From NCBI GenBank assembly GCA_022841445.1, contig JALHRM010000004.1, positions 11,429-75,428 on the forward strand: a DNA stretch of 64,000 nt. The letters are read 5' to 3'. Below the pieces are notes generated by a model, which was given only the letters and a program-made list of their open reading frames with translations, did no database searches and was not told the origin of the DNA. Source of the stretch: Candidatus Saccharimonadota bacterium. GTDB lineage: Bacteria > Patescibacteriota > Saccharimonadia > Saccharimonadales > UBA10212. A program made the position numbers and the translations under genes. Shown here piece by piece: positions 20,217-29,999 of the stretch. The stretch's first letter is position 1, and every line of letters starts with the position of its first letter.

Positions 20217-20717
20217 ATGCGCACAACAAAAATCCTACTTATAGTTGACAACATACGATCGGCACATAATGTTGGTGCGCTGCTACGAACAGCAGATGGG
20301 ATTGGTGTAAATGACGTCGTACTCTGCGGCATAACCCCATATCCTGCTATGGAAGACGATACTCGTCTGCCTCATATAGCAAAGAAAGTGCATCACCGCA
20401 TTCAGAAAACATCACTTGGTGCTGAGCAGTCCCAGCCATGGAAGTACTCCCCGCAAACCACTCAGGCTATTCATGAAGCAAGTACAGAGGGTTACGCTGT
20501 TGTCGCACTCGAACAAAACCAAAACAGTATCCCGCTCACGAAGTATGCGTGTAACGAAAAAATAGCAATTGTTATCGGTAACGAGGTTGATGGGGTGTCG
20601 CCGGAGGTGCTTGAAGCATGTGATAGCATCATCGAAATACCGATGCTAGGTAAAAAAGAGTCTTTTAACGTGGTCGAAGCTGCGACAATGGCGTTATTTT
20701 ATTTTCGACACTTCTGA
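20217..20717 (+). CDS. TrmH/SpoU family RNA methyltransferase
   Basis: NIRSAHNVGALLRTAD, GNEVDG, IPMLGKKESFNV. ATG 20217 preferred over TTG 20181. Confidence 0.9.
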   Translation: MRTTKILLIVDNIRSAHNVGALLRTADGIGVNDVVLCGITPYPAMEDDTRLPHIAKKVHHRIQKTSLGAEQSQPWKYSPQTTQAIHEASTEGYAVVALEQNQNSIPLTKYACNEKIAIVIGNEVDGVSPEVLEACDSIIEIPMLGKKESFNVVEAATMALFYFRHF

Positions 20718-20760
20718 TAGGATTTGCCAAATATAGCATCAATAGCTTTAATTAGTATGT

Positions 20761-21855
20761 ATGCCTCAAAAACATAAACACAATTTGCAGCACCATCGCA
20801 GACATCACAAGCCAAAGGGTGTCACAAAAAAAGCATATGACAATACCTACTGGCCATTTTTGCCTGTTGCGCTTATTGTCGCTCTCCTACTTGCTATAAG
20901 TCCAATGGGTCAACGGCACACCGCCGCTCGAACTAGCCTACCAAGAATACCCGGCAAAGTACTTGCCTATGCATCATCAATGAGCATTTCTGGCTTGGTG
21001 TCACAAACCAATACACAGCGAAGCGCAAACGGTGCAGCAGCACTTACTAATAATGGCCAGTTAAACGCAGCTGCCCAAAGTAAGGCCAATGATATGGCGA
21101 CGCGCAACTACTGGAGTCACAATACCCCTGAAGGCAGCCCTCCGTGGATATTCGTGAGTGCGCAAGGATACTCCTACCAAAAAATTGGTGAAAATCTGGC
21201 AGCTGGATTCTCAGATGAGGCCGCAACCATCAACGGCTGGATGAACAGTGCTGGTCACCGAGCCAACATGCTGGATACGAACTTTACAGAAGTAGGCTTT
21301 GGATTTGCCAACAACGCAAACTACACAAGCGCCGGAGGCGGACCTATGACGATTGTCGTTGCCTTCTATGGCAAGCCTGCCGGTGCCCCTCAACCCGCGA
21401 GCCCGCCCCCTGCCCCTGCACCGGCTCCACCCCCTGCGCCAACTGCCGCACCCGCAGAAGCACTAAGCACCACACCTGCAGAGACTACCCCAACCCCAGC
21501 TACACCTCCTATACCAGAACCAGCGCCCACGCAGCCTGAAGCAAGCGATGAAAGCACGGAGAACTCCGCAGTGACAACTTCCAGTCCCCCTGGAGCAGAA
21601 CCGCCAACCCAGGAAACTTCTCAGCTACAGACCATTATTGCAGACCCCACCTTAGCCTCATTTGGTGTCAGTGCCCTATCTATCGGGATGGTGCTCGCTG
21701 CTGGAATATGGGTCAGTCGACATGCCCTAAGATTTCGCCGTCTAGTACGGAAAGGTGAAAAATTCGTTGTACATCATCCGATACTTGATATTGCGGTACT
21801 TGCGCTTATCGCACTGGCTTTTGCTATGACCCAAACCGCCGGACTCATTAAATAG
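20761..21855 (+). CDS. CAP/SCP-domain membrane protein with Pro-rich linker
   Basis: TM helix, CAP motifs (NYWSH, GENLA, WMNSAGHRANML), Pro/Ala/Thr linker, two C-terminal TM helices. Confidence 0.88.
   Translation: MPQKHKHNLQHHRRHHKPKGVTKKAYDNTYWPFLPVALIVALLLAISPMGQRHTAARTSLPRIPGKVLAYASSMSISGLVSQTNTQRSANGAAALTNNGQLNAAAQSKANDMATRNYWSHNTPEGSPPWIFVSAQGYSYQKIGENLAAGFSDEAATINGWMNSAGHRANMLDTNFTEVGFGFANNANYTSAGGGPMTIVVAFYGKPAGAPQPASPPPAPAPAPPPAPTAAPAEALSTTPAETTPTPATPPIPEPAPTQPEASDESTENSAVTTSSPPGAEPPTQETSQLQTIIADPTLASFGVSALSIGMVLAAGIWVSRHALRFRRLVRKGEKFVVHHPILDIAVLALIALAFAMTQTAGLIK
21376..21610 (+). repeat. Low-complexity Pro/Ala/Thr-coding tract
   Basis: PAGAPQPASPPPAPAPAPPPAPTAAP...PTPATPPIPEPAPTQP; C-rich imperfect repeats such as ccccctgcccctgcacc. 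Confidence 0.7.
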
Positions 21856-21868
21856 AGACTCCGTTTTA

Positions 21869-24800
21869 CTATCTAACAGCTACGTTTTCCTTGCCGAACG
21901 TAGCTTCTAATTTTGAACGGCTTTCATCATTCAAGTTAATTTTCTGGGGAAGCTTAATCGCTTGACGTTGGTCACTTAGCCCGGATACAAGCACAACTTC
22001 AGTATTGCCGCTGTGTAAATCCAGTATTGATTTTAATGTCACAAGCACGGTTTGATTACTATTATCCATATAGCGTATGTACAGTTTAGGCCGAGAGTTC
22101 AGTGGTGCAGCCTGACCTTTCAAACCAGGCGCAGAAGGTCCAGCGCCGGTAGGCTGATACGATTCTGCATAGTCGACGTTTATTAGAGATGCGCTGTCGG
22201 CCAGTATTTTAACGCTATTCTCTCGATTACCATCACGGTCTTCGCTGGTTATTGTTCCTCGAACAGTGACGAGCTGGTCACGCTGCCATATATCAGGTGT
22301 TTCTTTGTATAAATTAGGAAACACCGTGACTTCTACCTCACCACTTAGATCAGACAACATTATAAAGGCCATTTTCTGACCTCTTTTCGTCGTGAGTTCT
22401 CGTACACTACTAATCGACCCGCCGATACTAACTGATTTACCGTGCATATCAACACCGATATCACGCAGCGGCCAAGTATGTTCACGCAAATAATCAGCAA
22501 AGTCCTCTAAGGGGTGACGGCTAACATACAGTCCGAGCAATTCTCTCTCCCAATTTAAGTAATGTCGATTGCTACCTGTAGGTTTTTCGTCTGATACGAC
22601 AACATGAAATGAGCTTTGTATCTCGCTGCCGCCGAACATACCAAGCTGCCCACTAGCCTTTTCTTTTTGAGCCCTTGAAGCTTGCAGCAAAATACTATCA
22701 ACCGCCCGTAGCAGGGAATCACGATTGGAGAAGCGATCAAAGGCACCCGTCTTTATTAGACTTTCTAGTGATTTACGGTTGAGCGCATTGAATGGTACCG
22801 AGCTACAAAAATCTTCTATACTGCCAAATTCTCCATGCGCTTCTCGTGCTTGGATGATTTCTTCAACAGCAGAGCGGCCAACATTTTTTATGGCATCGAG
22901 TCCAAAACGGATGTCGGAGCGCACATTTTTTTTGTTTGGCACTACCCCAAATTCATGAAATGATTCATTTATGTCCGGGGGTAGCACGTTTATGCCCATG
23001 TTCTTGCATTCGGAGATTTCTACTGCCAATCGATCAATATCATCATAGTCACTAGTCATTAGAGCTGCCATAAATGCACTTGGGTAATGTGCTTTTAGAT
23101 ACGCTGTTTGGTAGGCTATCAGTGCATAGCAAGCAGCGTGGCTTTTATTAAAAGAATAGTCAGCAAATGGTTGAATAAGTGCCCAAAGCTCATTAGCCTG
23201 ATCTTTATTAAGTCCCTGCTTGAGGCATCCTTCGATAAATTTTGGCTCTTCGGCTTTCATGATTTCACGTTTTTTCTTACCAATCGCTTTTCTAACCAGA
23301 TCAGCCTGACCTGGTGTGTAACCGGCAATAAGCTGCAGCATAGCGATAATTTGTTCCTGATAAACCAGGACACCGAAGGTATTTTTTAATATTGGCTTGA
23401 GGCTGGGATGTAAGAACTCAACGCCACTTGGATTATTTTTGCCTTTGATGAACCTGGGTATTTCTGCCATTGGGCCTGGTCGATATAGCGATACCATTGC
23501 AATGATGTCATCAAATACTGTTGGCTTAAGCTCCTTGAGGTAGCGTTTCATGCCTGCCGACTCCAGCTGGAATACTCCTGTAGTAAGCCCCTTCTGCAAC
23601 AGCTCAAATGTCACCTTGTCATCCAGTGGAATAGTTGCTACATTGATATCTTTTCCATATACACGTTCAATAATTCGTAAGCAATTTTTAATAATTGTAA
23701 GGTTGGAAAGACCTAGAAAATCCATTTTTAGCAAACCGAGGTCTTCCACTGGTCCCATGGAATACTGCGTTGAAACAACACCTTTTTGAGCCATTTCCAG
23801 CGGTGTGAATCCTACAATATCATCAGGAGCGATAACCACACCTGCAGCGTGCACACCGTGACTGCGAATTGTACCTTCAAGCTTTTGAGCAAGATCAAAG
23901 ACGCGTTTGTTTTGGTCACTGTCGCTGTACGCTTGTTTCAGATCTTGATTCTTTTTAAGTGATTCTTTGAGTGGAATATGTCGACCTTGCACAGGAGGAG
24001 GAATCATTTTAGCCAGACGATCGGCATCAATGTAGGGGACTTCTAGTACACGCGCGACATCACGTACCGCATTCCGAGCCGCCATACGCCCAAACGTGAC
24101 AATGTTTGCAACTCTTTCTCGGCCATATTTTTCCACACAGTATTCTATTACTTCATCCCTGCGGGTATCTTGTATATCAATATCAATGTCCGGCATAGCG
24201 ATACGATCAGGATTTAAAAACCGCTCAAATAGGAGGTCATAGGTCATAGGATCTAGCTCAGTTATGCGAATGGCGTAGCATATGATCGATCCAGCCGCAC
24301 TGCCTCGCCCGGGCCCGAAAACAATGCCACGGTTTTTACCCCATATAATAAAATCAGATACGATCAGAAGATAACCGTTGAATCCCATCGAATCTATAAC
24401 GCTCAGTTCATACTCGGCTCGCTCGATAATTTTTTGCTGAAGCTTTTTCTTGCAATCAGCAATTGACAATTTTTCAGCAATATCTTGGCTAACGCTGCTG
24501 TAGCGCCAGACAAGTCCCTGCCATACTTTCTTATGAAGAAAGCTTTTCTCGGATTCTCCTTTCGGTACCGGAAACTTAGGTATCAGTATGTTTCCGATGT
24601 CAAGCGTTACGTTGCAACGGTCCGCGATAGCTTTAGTATTGGTAATTGCATCCGGATAGTCCGCTCCCCAGCGCTTGATCACATCTTTCGGATCCGCGAC
24701 ATGGAGTTCAAGATGTTTGAGGCTAAAGCGATCGGCATCATTCAAAAAAGATCCTGTTTGGACACACAATAGTATTTCGTGAGCTTCTTGATCTTCATGC

Positions 24801-25474
24801 CTCAGATAGTGCGCATCACTAGCAACAACCTTGGGAATCGACAACTCCTCGGCAATTTTAAGCAAGTCCTTATTAACTCGTTGCTGGAGTGCCCATGTTG
24901 TAGGATGGTCCGGATGCCCATGATCGGCTAATTCTATGTAGTACCGATCAGCGAATGTTTCTTTGTACCAGGCAGCTGTCTGCAGTGCTTGGTCGTACTG
25001 CTCCTGCTGCAAGGCTTCACCAAGCTCACTTCCCAAACAGCCGCTCAAAACGATCAATCCTTCATTATATTTTTTAAGCAGTTGCCGATCAATGCGTGGT
25101 CGATAATAAAATCCGTCCAGGTGTGCCATAGTAGAAAGACGCATTAAATTCTGGTAGCCGGTGTTATTCATGGCTAAAAGTGTGAGGTGGAAATACTGTC
25201 GATCTTTACTTGAGTCTTTATCCATATAGCCGCGAGGTGCGACATAAGCTTCCATGCCGATAATCGGCTTTATACCTGAACTTGTGGCCGCTTTATAAAA
25301 CTCGATTGCCCCGCTCATCGTGCCGTGATCAGTGATAGCCACTGCTTCCATGCCCTTGGACGCTACATACTCCATTAACTCAGGTACTTTAGTGAGGCCA
25401 TCAAGTAGGCTGTACTGAGTGTGGTTGTGCAGGTGCACAAAATCCACCGGTTTCGGTTTTTTTGTCGTCTTCAC
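21869..25474 (-). CDS. dnaE: DNA polymerase III alpha subunit
   Basis: PHP motifs HLHNH/TDHG, GRGSAAGS, PDIDID, LKMDFLGL, FNKSH and an OB fold. No intein seen. Confidence 0.97.
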   Translation of the reverse strand: MKTTKKPKPVDFVHLHNHTQYSLLDGLTKVPELMEYVASKGMEAVAITDHGTMSGAIEFYKAATSSGIKPIIGMEAYVAPRGYMDKDSSKDRQYFHLTLLAMNNTGYQNLMRLSTMAHLDGFYYRPRIDRQLLKKYNEGLIVLSGCLGSELGEALQQEQYDQALQTAAWYKETFADRYYIELADHGHPDHPTTWALQQRVNKDLLKIAEELSIPKVVASDAHYLRHEDQEAHEILLCVQTGSFLNDADRFSLKHLELHVADPKDVIKRWGADYPDAITNTKAIADRCNVTLDIGNILIPKFPVPKGESEKSFLHKKVWQGLVWRYSSVSQDIAEKLSIADCKKKLQQKIIERAEYELSVIDSMGFNGYLLIVSDFIIWGKNRGIVFGPGRGSAAGSIICYAIRITELDPMTYDLLFERFLNPDRIAMPDIDIDIQDTRRDEVIEYCVEKYGRERVANIVTFGRMAARNAVRDVARVLEVPYIDADRLAKMIPPPVQGRHIPLKESLKKNQDLKQAYSDSDQNKRVFDLAQKLEGTIRSHGVHAAGVVIAPDDIVGFTPLEMAQKGVVSTQYSMGPVEDLGLLKMDFLGLSNLTIIKNCLRIIERVYGKDINVATIPLDDKVTFELLQKGLTTGVFQLESAGMKRYLKELKPTVFDDIIAMVSLYRPGPMAEIPRFIKGKNNPSGVEFLHPSLKPILKNTFGVLVYQEQIIAMLQLIAGYTPGQADLVRKAIGKKKREIMKAEEPKFIEGCLKQGLNKDQANELWALIQPFADYSFNKSHAACYALIAYQTAYLKAHYPSAFMAALMTSDYDDIDRLAVEISECKNMGINVLPPDINESFHEFGVVPNKKNVRSDIRFGLDAIKNVGRSAVEEIIQAREAHGEFGSIEDFCSSVPFNALNRKSLESLIKTGAFDRFSNRDSLLRAVDSILLQASRAQKEKASGQLGMFGGSEIQSSFHVVVSDEKPTGSNRHYLNWERELLGLYVSRHPLEDFADYLREHTWPLRDIGVDMHGKSVSIGGSISSVRELTTKRGQKMAFIMLSDLSGEVEVTVFPNLYKETPDIWQRDQLVTVRGTITSEDRDGNRENSVKILADSASLINVDYAESYQPTGAGPSAPGLKGQAAPLNSRPKLYIRYMDNSNQTVLVTLKSILDLHSGNTEVVLVSGLSDQRQAIKLPQKINLNDESRSKLEATFGKENVAVR

Positions 25475-25528
25475 TTCTTAAAGTATTATATAGCAAACCC
25501 AACCGTGCTACACTGCTAGCAATTAGTT

Positions 25529-25984
25529 ATGTCTAAACCAGTAGACCAGCGATATTACGCAACGCTCGCTATAGTCTGTCATGCGGCAGTTATTGCTCCT
25601 GATAATTCAATACTGCTTCTCAGGCGCAGTCAAAGCGTTGTACGGCCAGGTGTCTGGGATTTACCTGGTGGTATGTGGGAAGGTCCATTAGAGTCCTTGC
25701 AAGAGGGTTTACTGCGTGAAGTAAAGGAAGAGGTCGGTCTCACCATTTTTGATTGCCAGTTAACGCAGGCGGTGCCTGATTTAGAAAATACAATTGAAAA
25801 TAGATTATGGCTTTCTTATACCGCACGATGCCGCTCAAAGCAGGTAACCTTGAGTGAAGAACATGACGATTACATTTGGGTGACTCGCGAAACGTTAGCC
25901 AACTATTCTCTGCCACATGTATGGCAAATTACGCTACGTATAGCCCTTGATTTGATGAAATATCAAACCATGTCGGTCAAATAG
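25529..25984 (+). CDS. NUDIX hydrolase
   Basis: WDLPGG...REVKEEVG Nudix box, SEEHDDYIW. Confidence 0.9.
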   Translation: MSKPVDQRYYATLAIVCHAAVIAPDNSILLLRRSQSVVRPGVWDLPGGMWEGPLESLQEGLLREVKEEVGLTIFDCQLTQAVPDLENTIENRLWLSYTARCRSKQVTLSEEHDDYIWVTRETLANYSLPHVWQITLRIALDLMKYQTMSVK

Positions 25985-26005
25985 TAAACCTACCTGGTTC
26001 GGGGA

Positions 26006-26416
26006 CTACTTTTTTAAAAATGAACTGAGGTGTTGCAAGGCTGATTTTGCTTCATTGATGGCAACTTGCAGATCATCATCCTTCGGATCACTCTTTAGGG
26101 CTTTGACCTTCTCACCAGCTTTTGTTTGTGCTTTTTTAGCAGTTTCAAGAGCATCATTCAATTCTTTTTTTGCTATGTCGCTGAGTTCGGCAGCTTTGTC
26201 TTTTGCACGCTTAGATAGCTGATCGAATTCTTTACGCAATGCCTCAGCTTGCTTCTCGGCTTCTTTTTTGGTTTTTATGGCCTTGTCCTTGATGTCCTTG
26301 CGTGTTTCCTTGCCGGATTTAGGAGCAGTCAACACTCCAGCAACATACCCAGCAGCGGCAGCTAGTGTGGCACCAATTAAAACTTTCCTACCTGTATGAT
26401 TACTGTTGTCTGCCAT
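26006..26416 (-). CDS. YtxH domain-containing protein
   Basis: AAAGYVAGVLTAPKSGKETRKDI signature followed by a Lys-rich helix; start at ATG 26416. Confidence 0.88.
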   Translation of the reverse strand: MADNSNHTGRKVLIGATLAAAAGYVAGVLTAPKSGKETRKDIKDKAIKTKKEAEKQAEALRKEFDQLSKRAKDKAAELSDIAKKELNDALETAKKAQTKAGEKVKALKSDPKDDDLQVAINEAKSALQHLSSFLKK

Positions 26417-26417
26417 A

Positions 26418-26672
26418 CTATTTTCCCTTCTTATTGGTGACTGTTTCGACAATTTTAGCAAATGATTTGAACAGCGCTACAGCAGGCGTAGTTCGCTCAA
26501 AAAACGAGGCGGCCGATTCGACTGAATCAATAACATGTTCAGCCTTGCTCGTAAGCCGCTTGATGTCACGCAACACCTTCATTATGAGAATCAGTACCAT
26601 AATAAGTACGATGAGAAATACACTCAGTACGGCAGAGACTATAATTAGCAGCAGATCTGCGGCGTTTTCCAT
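26418..26672 (-). CDS. Small single-TM membrane protein (YtxG/DUF948-like position)
   Basis: Long hydrophobic N-terminal helix plus amphipathic tail, directly upstream of ytxH. Confidence 0.7.
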   Translation of the reverse strand: MENAADLLLIIVSAVLSVFLIVLIMVLILIMKVLRDIKRLTSKAEHVIDSVESAASFFERTTPAVALFKSFAKIVETVTNKKGK

Positions 26673-26692
26673 ATATATCAATTATTATACGC

Positions 26693-27589
26693 CTACAGAT
26701 CAAGGGTGCGCAAATAGGCGGCAAAGTCGTCTTTTATATCATCTCGCATTAATGCAAAATCTACCACAGTTTTAAGATACTCCAACTTGTTACCGGCATC
26801 ATAGTAATGTCCGTCCTTAACTTCATAGGCTAGAATACGCTGGCCATCGTCTATCATCTTCCGTAACGCGTCGTTATACCATAGCTCATTACCTTCAATT
26901 AATTCTGCCTGGGCTTGATGCAAATAACCAAATATATCGGGGGTAAAAACAAACCCACTCACATTCGCCAGATTACTCGGAGCACTCTCTTTTCCGGGTT
27001 TTTCTATGATTCGATCAACATCTATTAGGCCGTCCCTTAACGTTTCTCCGCCAGCGAATCCATACCTATCGTAATCCATATCACTGTTGGCGCGAATACT
27101 TGCCAATACCGAGCAACCAAATTCATCATAAACGCTAATAAGCTGCTGGAACCTGCTTGGTGACGCCTTAATAAAATCATCGCTCCATGTATAGATAAAA
27201 GGCTCGTCTCCAATTAGATGTTCAGCATTAAGTAGTGGAGTTCCGTTACCATAAGGCCCTTTTTGGCGCACATACACAAAGTTTGCTAAATTTCCGACTT
27301 TTTTGGTCTCCTCTAATAATGATGCTTTACTTTCTCCGCCCTGTTTTAAGTTAGCTATAAGATCTTGGCTAGGCGCATCAAAGTGATCTTCAATGCTTCG
27401 TTTACTGTAGCCACTAACAATAATAATATCTTCAATGCCGGCCTCTACTAGCTCTTCAACTACATATTGAATAATAGGCTTGTCGACGATCGGCAGCATT
27501 TCTTTTGGCATGGCTTTTGTTTGCGGTAAAAAGCGTGTACCAAATCCAGCTGCCGCTATGACCGCTTTGCGAATTTTTCTATCTGCCAC
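26693..27589 (-). CDS. galU: UTP--glucose-1-phosphate uridylyltransferase
   Basis: KAVIAAAGFGTRFLPQTKAMPKEMLPIVDKP, IEKP, DAGNKLEYL. Confidence 0.85.
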   Translation of the reverse strand: MADRKIRKAVIAAAGFGTRFLPQTKAMPKEMLPIVDKPIIQYVVEELVEAGIEDIIIVSGYSKRSIEDHFDAPSQDLIANLKQGGESKASLLEETKKVGNLANFVYVRQKGPYGNGTPLLNAEHLIGDEPFIYTWSDDFIKASPSRFQQLISVYDEFGCSVLASIRANSDMDYDRYGFAGGETLRDGLIDVDRIIEKPGKESAPSNLANVSGFVFTPDIFGYLHQAQAELIEGNELWYNDALRKMIDDGQRILAYEVKDGHYYDAGNKLEYLKTVVDFALMRDDIKDDFAAYLRTLDL

Positions 27590-28475
27590 TCACAAACTCC
27601 TTTAGGTATTGATTAAATTCATCACCAATATCTGGGTGACGTGATGCCATAGCAACAACTGTTTTTAAGTACTCCAGCTTATTGCCCGTATCAAAATACT
27701 GGCCGTTAGTAATCTCTTTGGCGATCACTTGTTTGCCATCGCCAACCATCAGACTGAGTGCGGTGTGGAAGAATAATTCTTGTCCTACAGGGAGAATATC
27801 TTTGGCCTTGTGCAAGTAATCCAGTACATCGTTAGTAACAATAAAACCTCCTAGGCTGGCATAAGGACTCGGCGCGTTCGCTTTTCCGGGATGTTCCACC
27901 ATAGGGCTGTCCATACGAAGCACACCTGGTTCGATTTCTGTCCCAGCCACATACCCGTACCGATCATAGTCCGCATCCGCATCTCGGCGTTGGCAGCCAA
28001 CTATGGGGCATCCGTGCGTTTCATAGGCAGCGATCATTTGCGAAAAACTGTTTGGTTCGGCAATAAAAAAATCGTCGGCAAACGTATATATAAACGGTTC
28101 ACCACCTAGGTATGGTTCAGCATTGAGCACTGGTGTTCCGGTGCCATACACGCCCTGTTGTTCGATGAATGCAAAATTAGCAAGGTGTTTAACGGCTTCG
28201 AGTTCTTCTAGTATTTCGGCCTTCTTAGGGCCTGCAGTCCAGAGATTTGATACCAGACCGGGATTTGTATCTCCAAAGTAATCTGCCATGGCAGCTTTTT
28301 TGGCCGAAGTAACTACGACGATATATTCAATACCAGCTCCGACTAATTCTTCTACGACAAGTTGGATGATCGGCTTATCGACAATCGGCAACATTTCTTT
28401 CGGTATCGATTTGGTGATTGGCAACATACGCGTGCCATACCCCGCAGCCGGGATTACTGCTTTTCGGACTTTCAT
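27579..28475 (-). CDS. GalU-like sugar-phosphate nucleotidyltransferase, second paralog
   Basis: KAVIPAAGYGTRMLPITKSIPKEMLPIVDKP; EKP changed to EHP. Start ATG 28475 has TGgTATCAT 7 nt upstream. Confidence 0.85.
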   Translation of the reverse strand: MKVRKAVIPAAGYGTRMLPITKSIPKEMLPIVDKPIIQLVVEELVGAGIEYIVVVTSAKKAAMADYFGDTNPGLVSNLWTAGPKKAEILEELEAVKHLANFAFIEQQGVYGTGTPVLNAEPYLGGEPFIYTFADDFFIAEPNSFSQMIAAYETHGCPIVGCQRRDADADYDRYGYVAGTEIEPGVLRMDSPMVEHPGKANAPSPYASLGGFIVTNDVLDYLHKAKDILPVGQELFFHTALSLMVGDGKQVIAKEITNGQYFDTGNKLEYLKTVVAMASRHPDIGDEFNQYLKEFVSGR

Positions 28476-28524
28476 ATTTTCAATGATACCACTTACTCTT
28501 TTCTTTTGTAGTGCTTGACCTGGC

Positions 28525-29997
28525 TTAGATGCCAATCTGCTTTTTGATAATCTCTTGGGCTATTGCCGGATTTGCCTTGCCAAGTGACTGTTTCATAACT
28601 TGCCCCACCAAAAAGCCAATCACTTTTTCTTGCCCGGAACGTACATCTTCAACGGCCTTAGGATTATTAGCTAAAACATCTTTGACGATCGCGCTCAGTG
28701 CGCCCTCGTCAGATTCTTGGATAAGGCCTTGTTGCTCAGCGTATTTGGCAACATCTGGCGGCAAGTGGTCATTTGCGAGCATTAAAATCAACAAAGCTTT
28801 TACGGAATTAGAGCTCAGACGGCCGTCTTTTACTAGTTCATAAACACTTGCCAATATTCCACTACGCTGCTGCGAAGCCGCCAGCTTTCCGTCGCGCTCT
28901 GCCGGGACAATATAATTAACGATCCAAAGGGCGTATACCTTTGCCTGTTCTGGGTTTGATATAACCTTTTCGATTTCACTTAGGTAAGTAACGCTTTCAT
29001 CCTCAACTTCGACGTCGAGCAGTGTTTCGACTAAGTTATGGTCGAGCCCTACATCGCGGAGCTGGGTACGCCAGTCGTATGGTAATTTTGATACACTGTT
29101 TTCTATTGAAGCAATATATGCATTATCAAGTTCTACGGGCGGGATATCAGGATCAGGAAAGTAGCGATAATCGTGCGCTTCTTCCTTACCTCGCTGAGCA
29201 AGGGTTTTTTGCTTTGCATCATCCCAACCGCGTGTTTCCTGAACTATAGGCGTTCCTTTTTCTAACAATTCTATCTGCCTGGTAATTTCGTATTCGATGG
29301 ATGCTTCTACAGACTTAAAACTATTAAGGTTTTTTACTTCAGCACGTGTACCAAGTTCTGTCGGGTTGGTACTGACGCTAACATTCACATCAAAACGCAT
29401 GTTGCCGTGGTACAAATCGCAGTCGCTCACGCCAGAATATTTCATGAGCAGAAACAGCTCCCGCACGTATGCTCGAGCCTCAACGGCTGAATGAATATCG
29501 GGCTTACTAACTATTTCAAGCAGTGGCGTGCCCGCTCGGTTAAGATCAACAAGGCTGTAGTCGGCACCTTCCGGGTGCGTATTCTTACCCGCATCTGCTT
29601 CCAGTTGAGCCCGCTCAATACCAATATCTTTTTGTTCGCCATCTACTTCAATAGTCACATGGCCCCCAACGATAATTGGGTCGTTGAGCTGTGAAATTTG
29701 ATATCCCATTGGAAGGTCAGGATAGAAATAATGTTTTCGTTCAAACACCGAATGAGGTTGTGGTCTGGTTTTTAGCGCAAATGCAGCCTTGGCGGCCAAA
29801 TCGACCGCTGCTTGGTTTAGCACCGGCAAAGCGCCGGGCATGCCGACACAAATATGACTAATCAGCGTGTTTGGTAGGGCATCGCGTGCATCATTACCGA
29901 CTGCAGCGAACAACTTGGTTTTAGTTTTAAGCTGAACATGACATTCAATACCGATAGTCGGTAGGTACTTGTCGATAGTTTCCTTGGGCAGTGCCAT
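28525..29997 (-). CDS. gatB: Asp/Glu-tRNA amidotransferase subunit B
   Basis: GIECHVQL, YFYPDLP, DLNRAGTPLLEIV, DYRYFPDPDIP, YqeY-like tail. Confidence 0.97.
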   Translation of the reverse strand: MALPKETIDKYLPTIGIECHVQLKTKTKLFAAVGNDARDALPNTLISHICVGMPGALPVLNQAAVDLAAKAAFALKTRPQPHSVFERKHYFYPDLPMGYQISQLNDPIIVGGHVTIEVDGEQKDIGIERAQLEADAGKNTHPEGADYSLVDLNRAGTPLLEIVSKPDIHSAVEARAYVRELFLLMKYSGVSDCDLYHGNMRFDVNVSVSTNPTELGTRAEVKNLNSFKSVEASIEYEITRQIELLEKGTPIVQETRGWDDAKQKTLAQRGKEEAHDYRYFPDPDIPPVELDNAYIASIENSVSKLPYDWRTQLRDVGLDHNLVETLLDVEVEDESVTYLSEIEKVISNPEQAKVYALWIVNYIVPAERDGKLAASQQRSGILASVYELVKDGRLSSNSVKALLILMLANDHLPPDVAKYAEQQGLIQESDEGALSAIVKDVLANNPKAVEDVRSGQEKVIGFLVGQVMKQSLGKANPAIAQEIIKKQIGI

Positions 29998-29999
29998 AA

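Noticed and set aside
21869..25474. Possible intein or intron in dnaE
   Set aside because: Length and motif order fit an uninterrupted DnaE, with no splice-junction or LAGLIDADG motifs.
28476..28535. N-terminal extension of the galU paralog overlapping gatB
   Set aside because: Homology begins at MKVRKAVIP, and an extended -10 lies 7 nt before ATG 28475.
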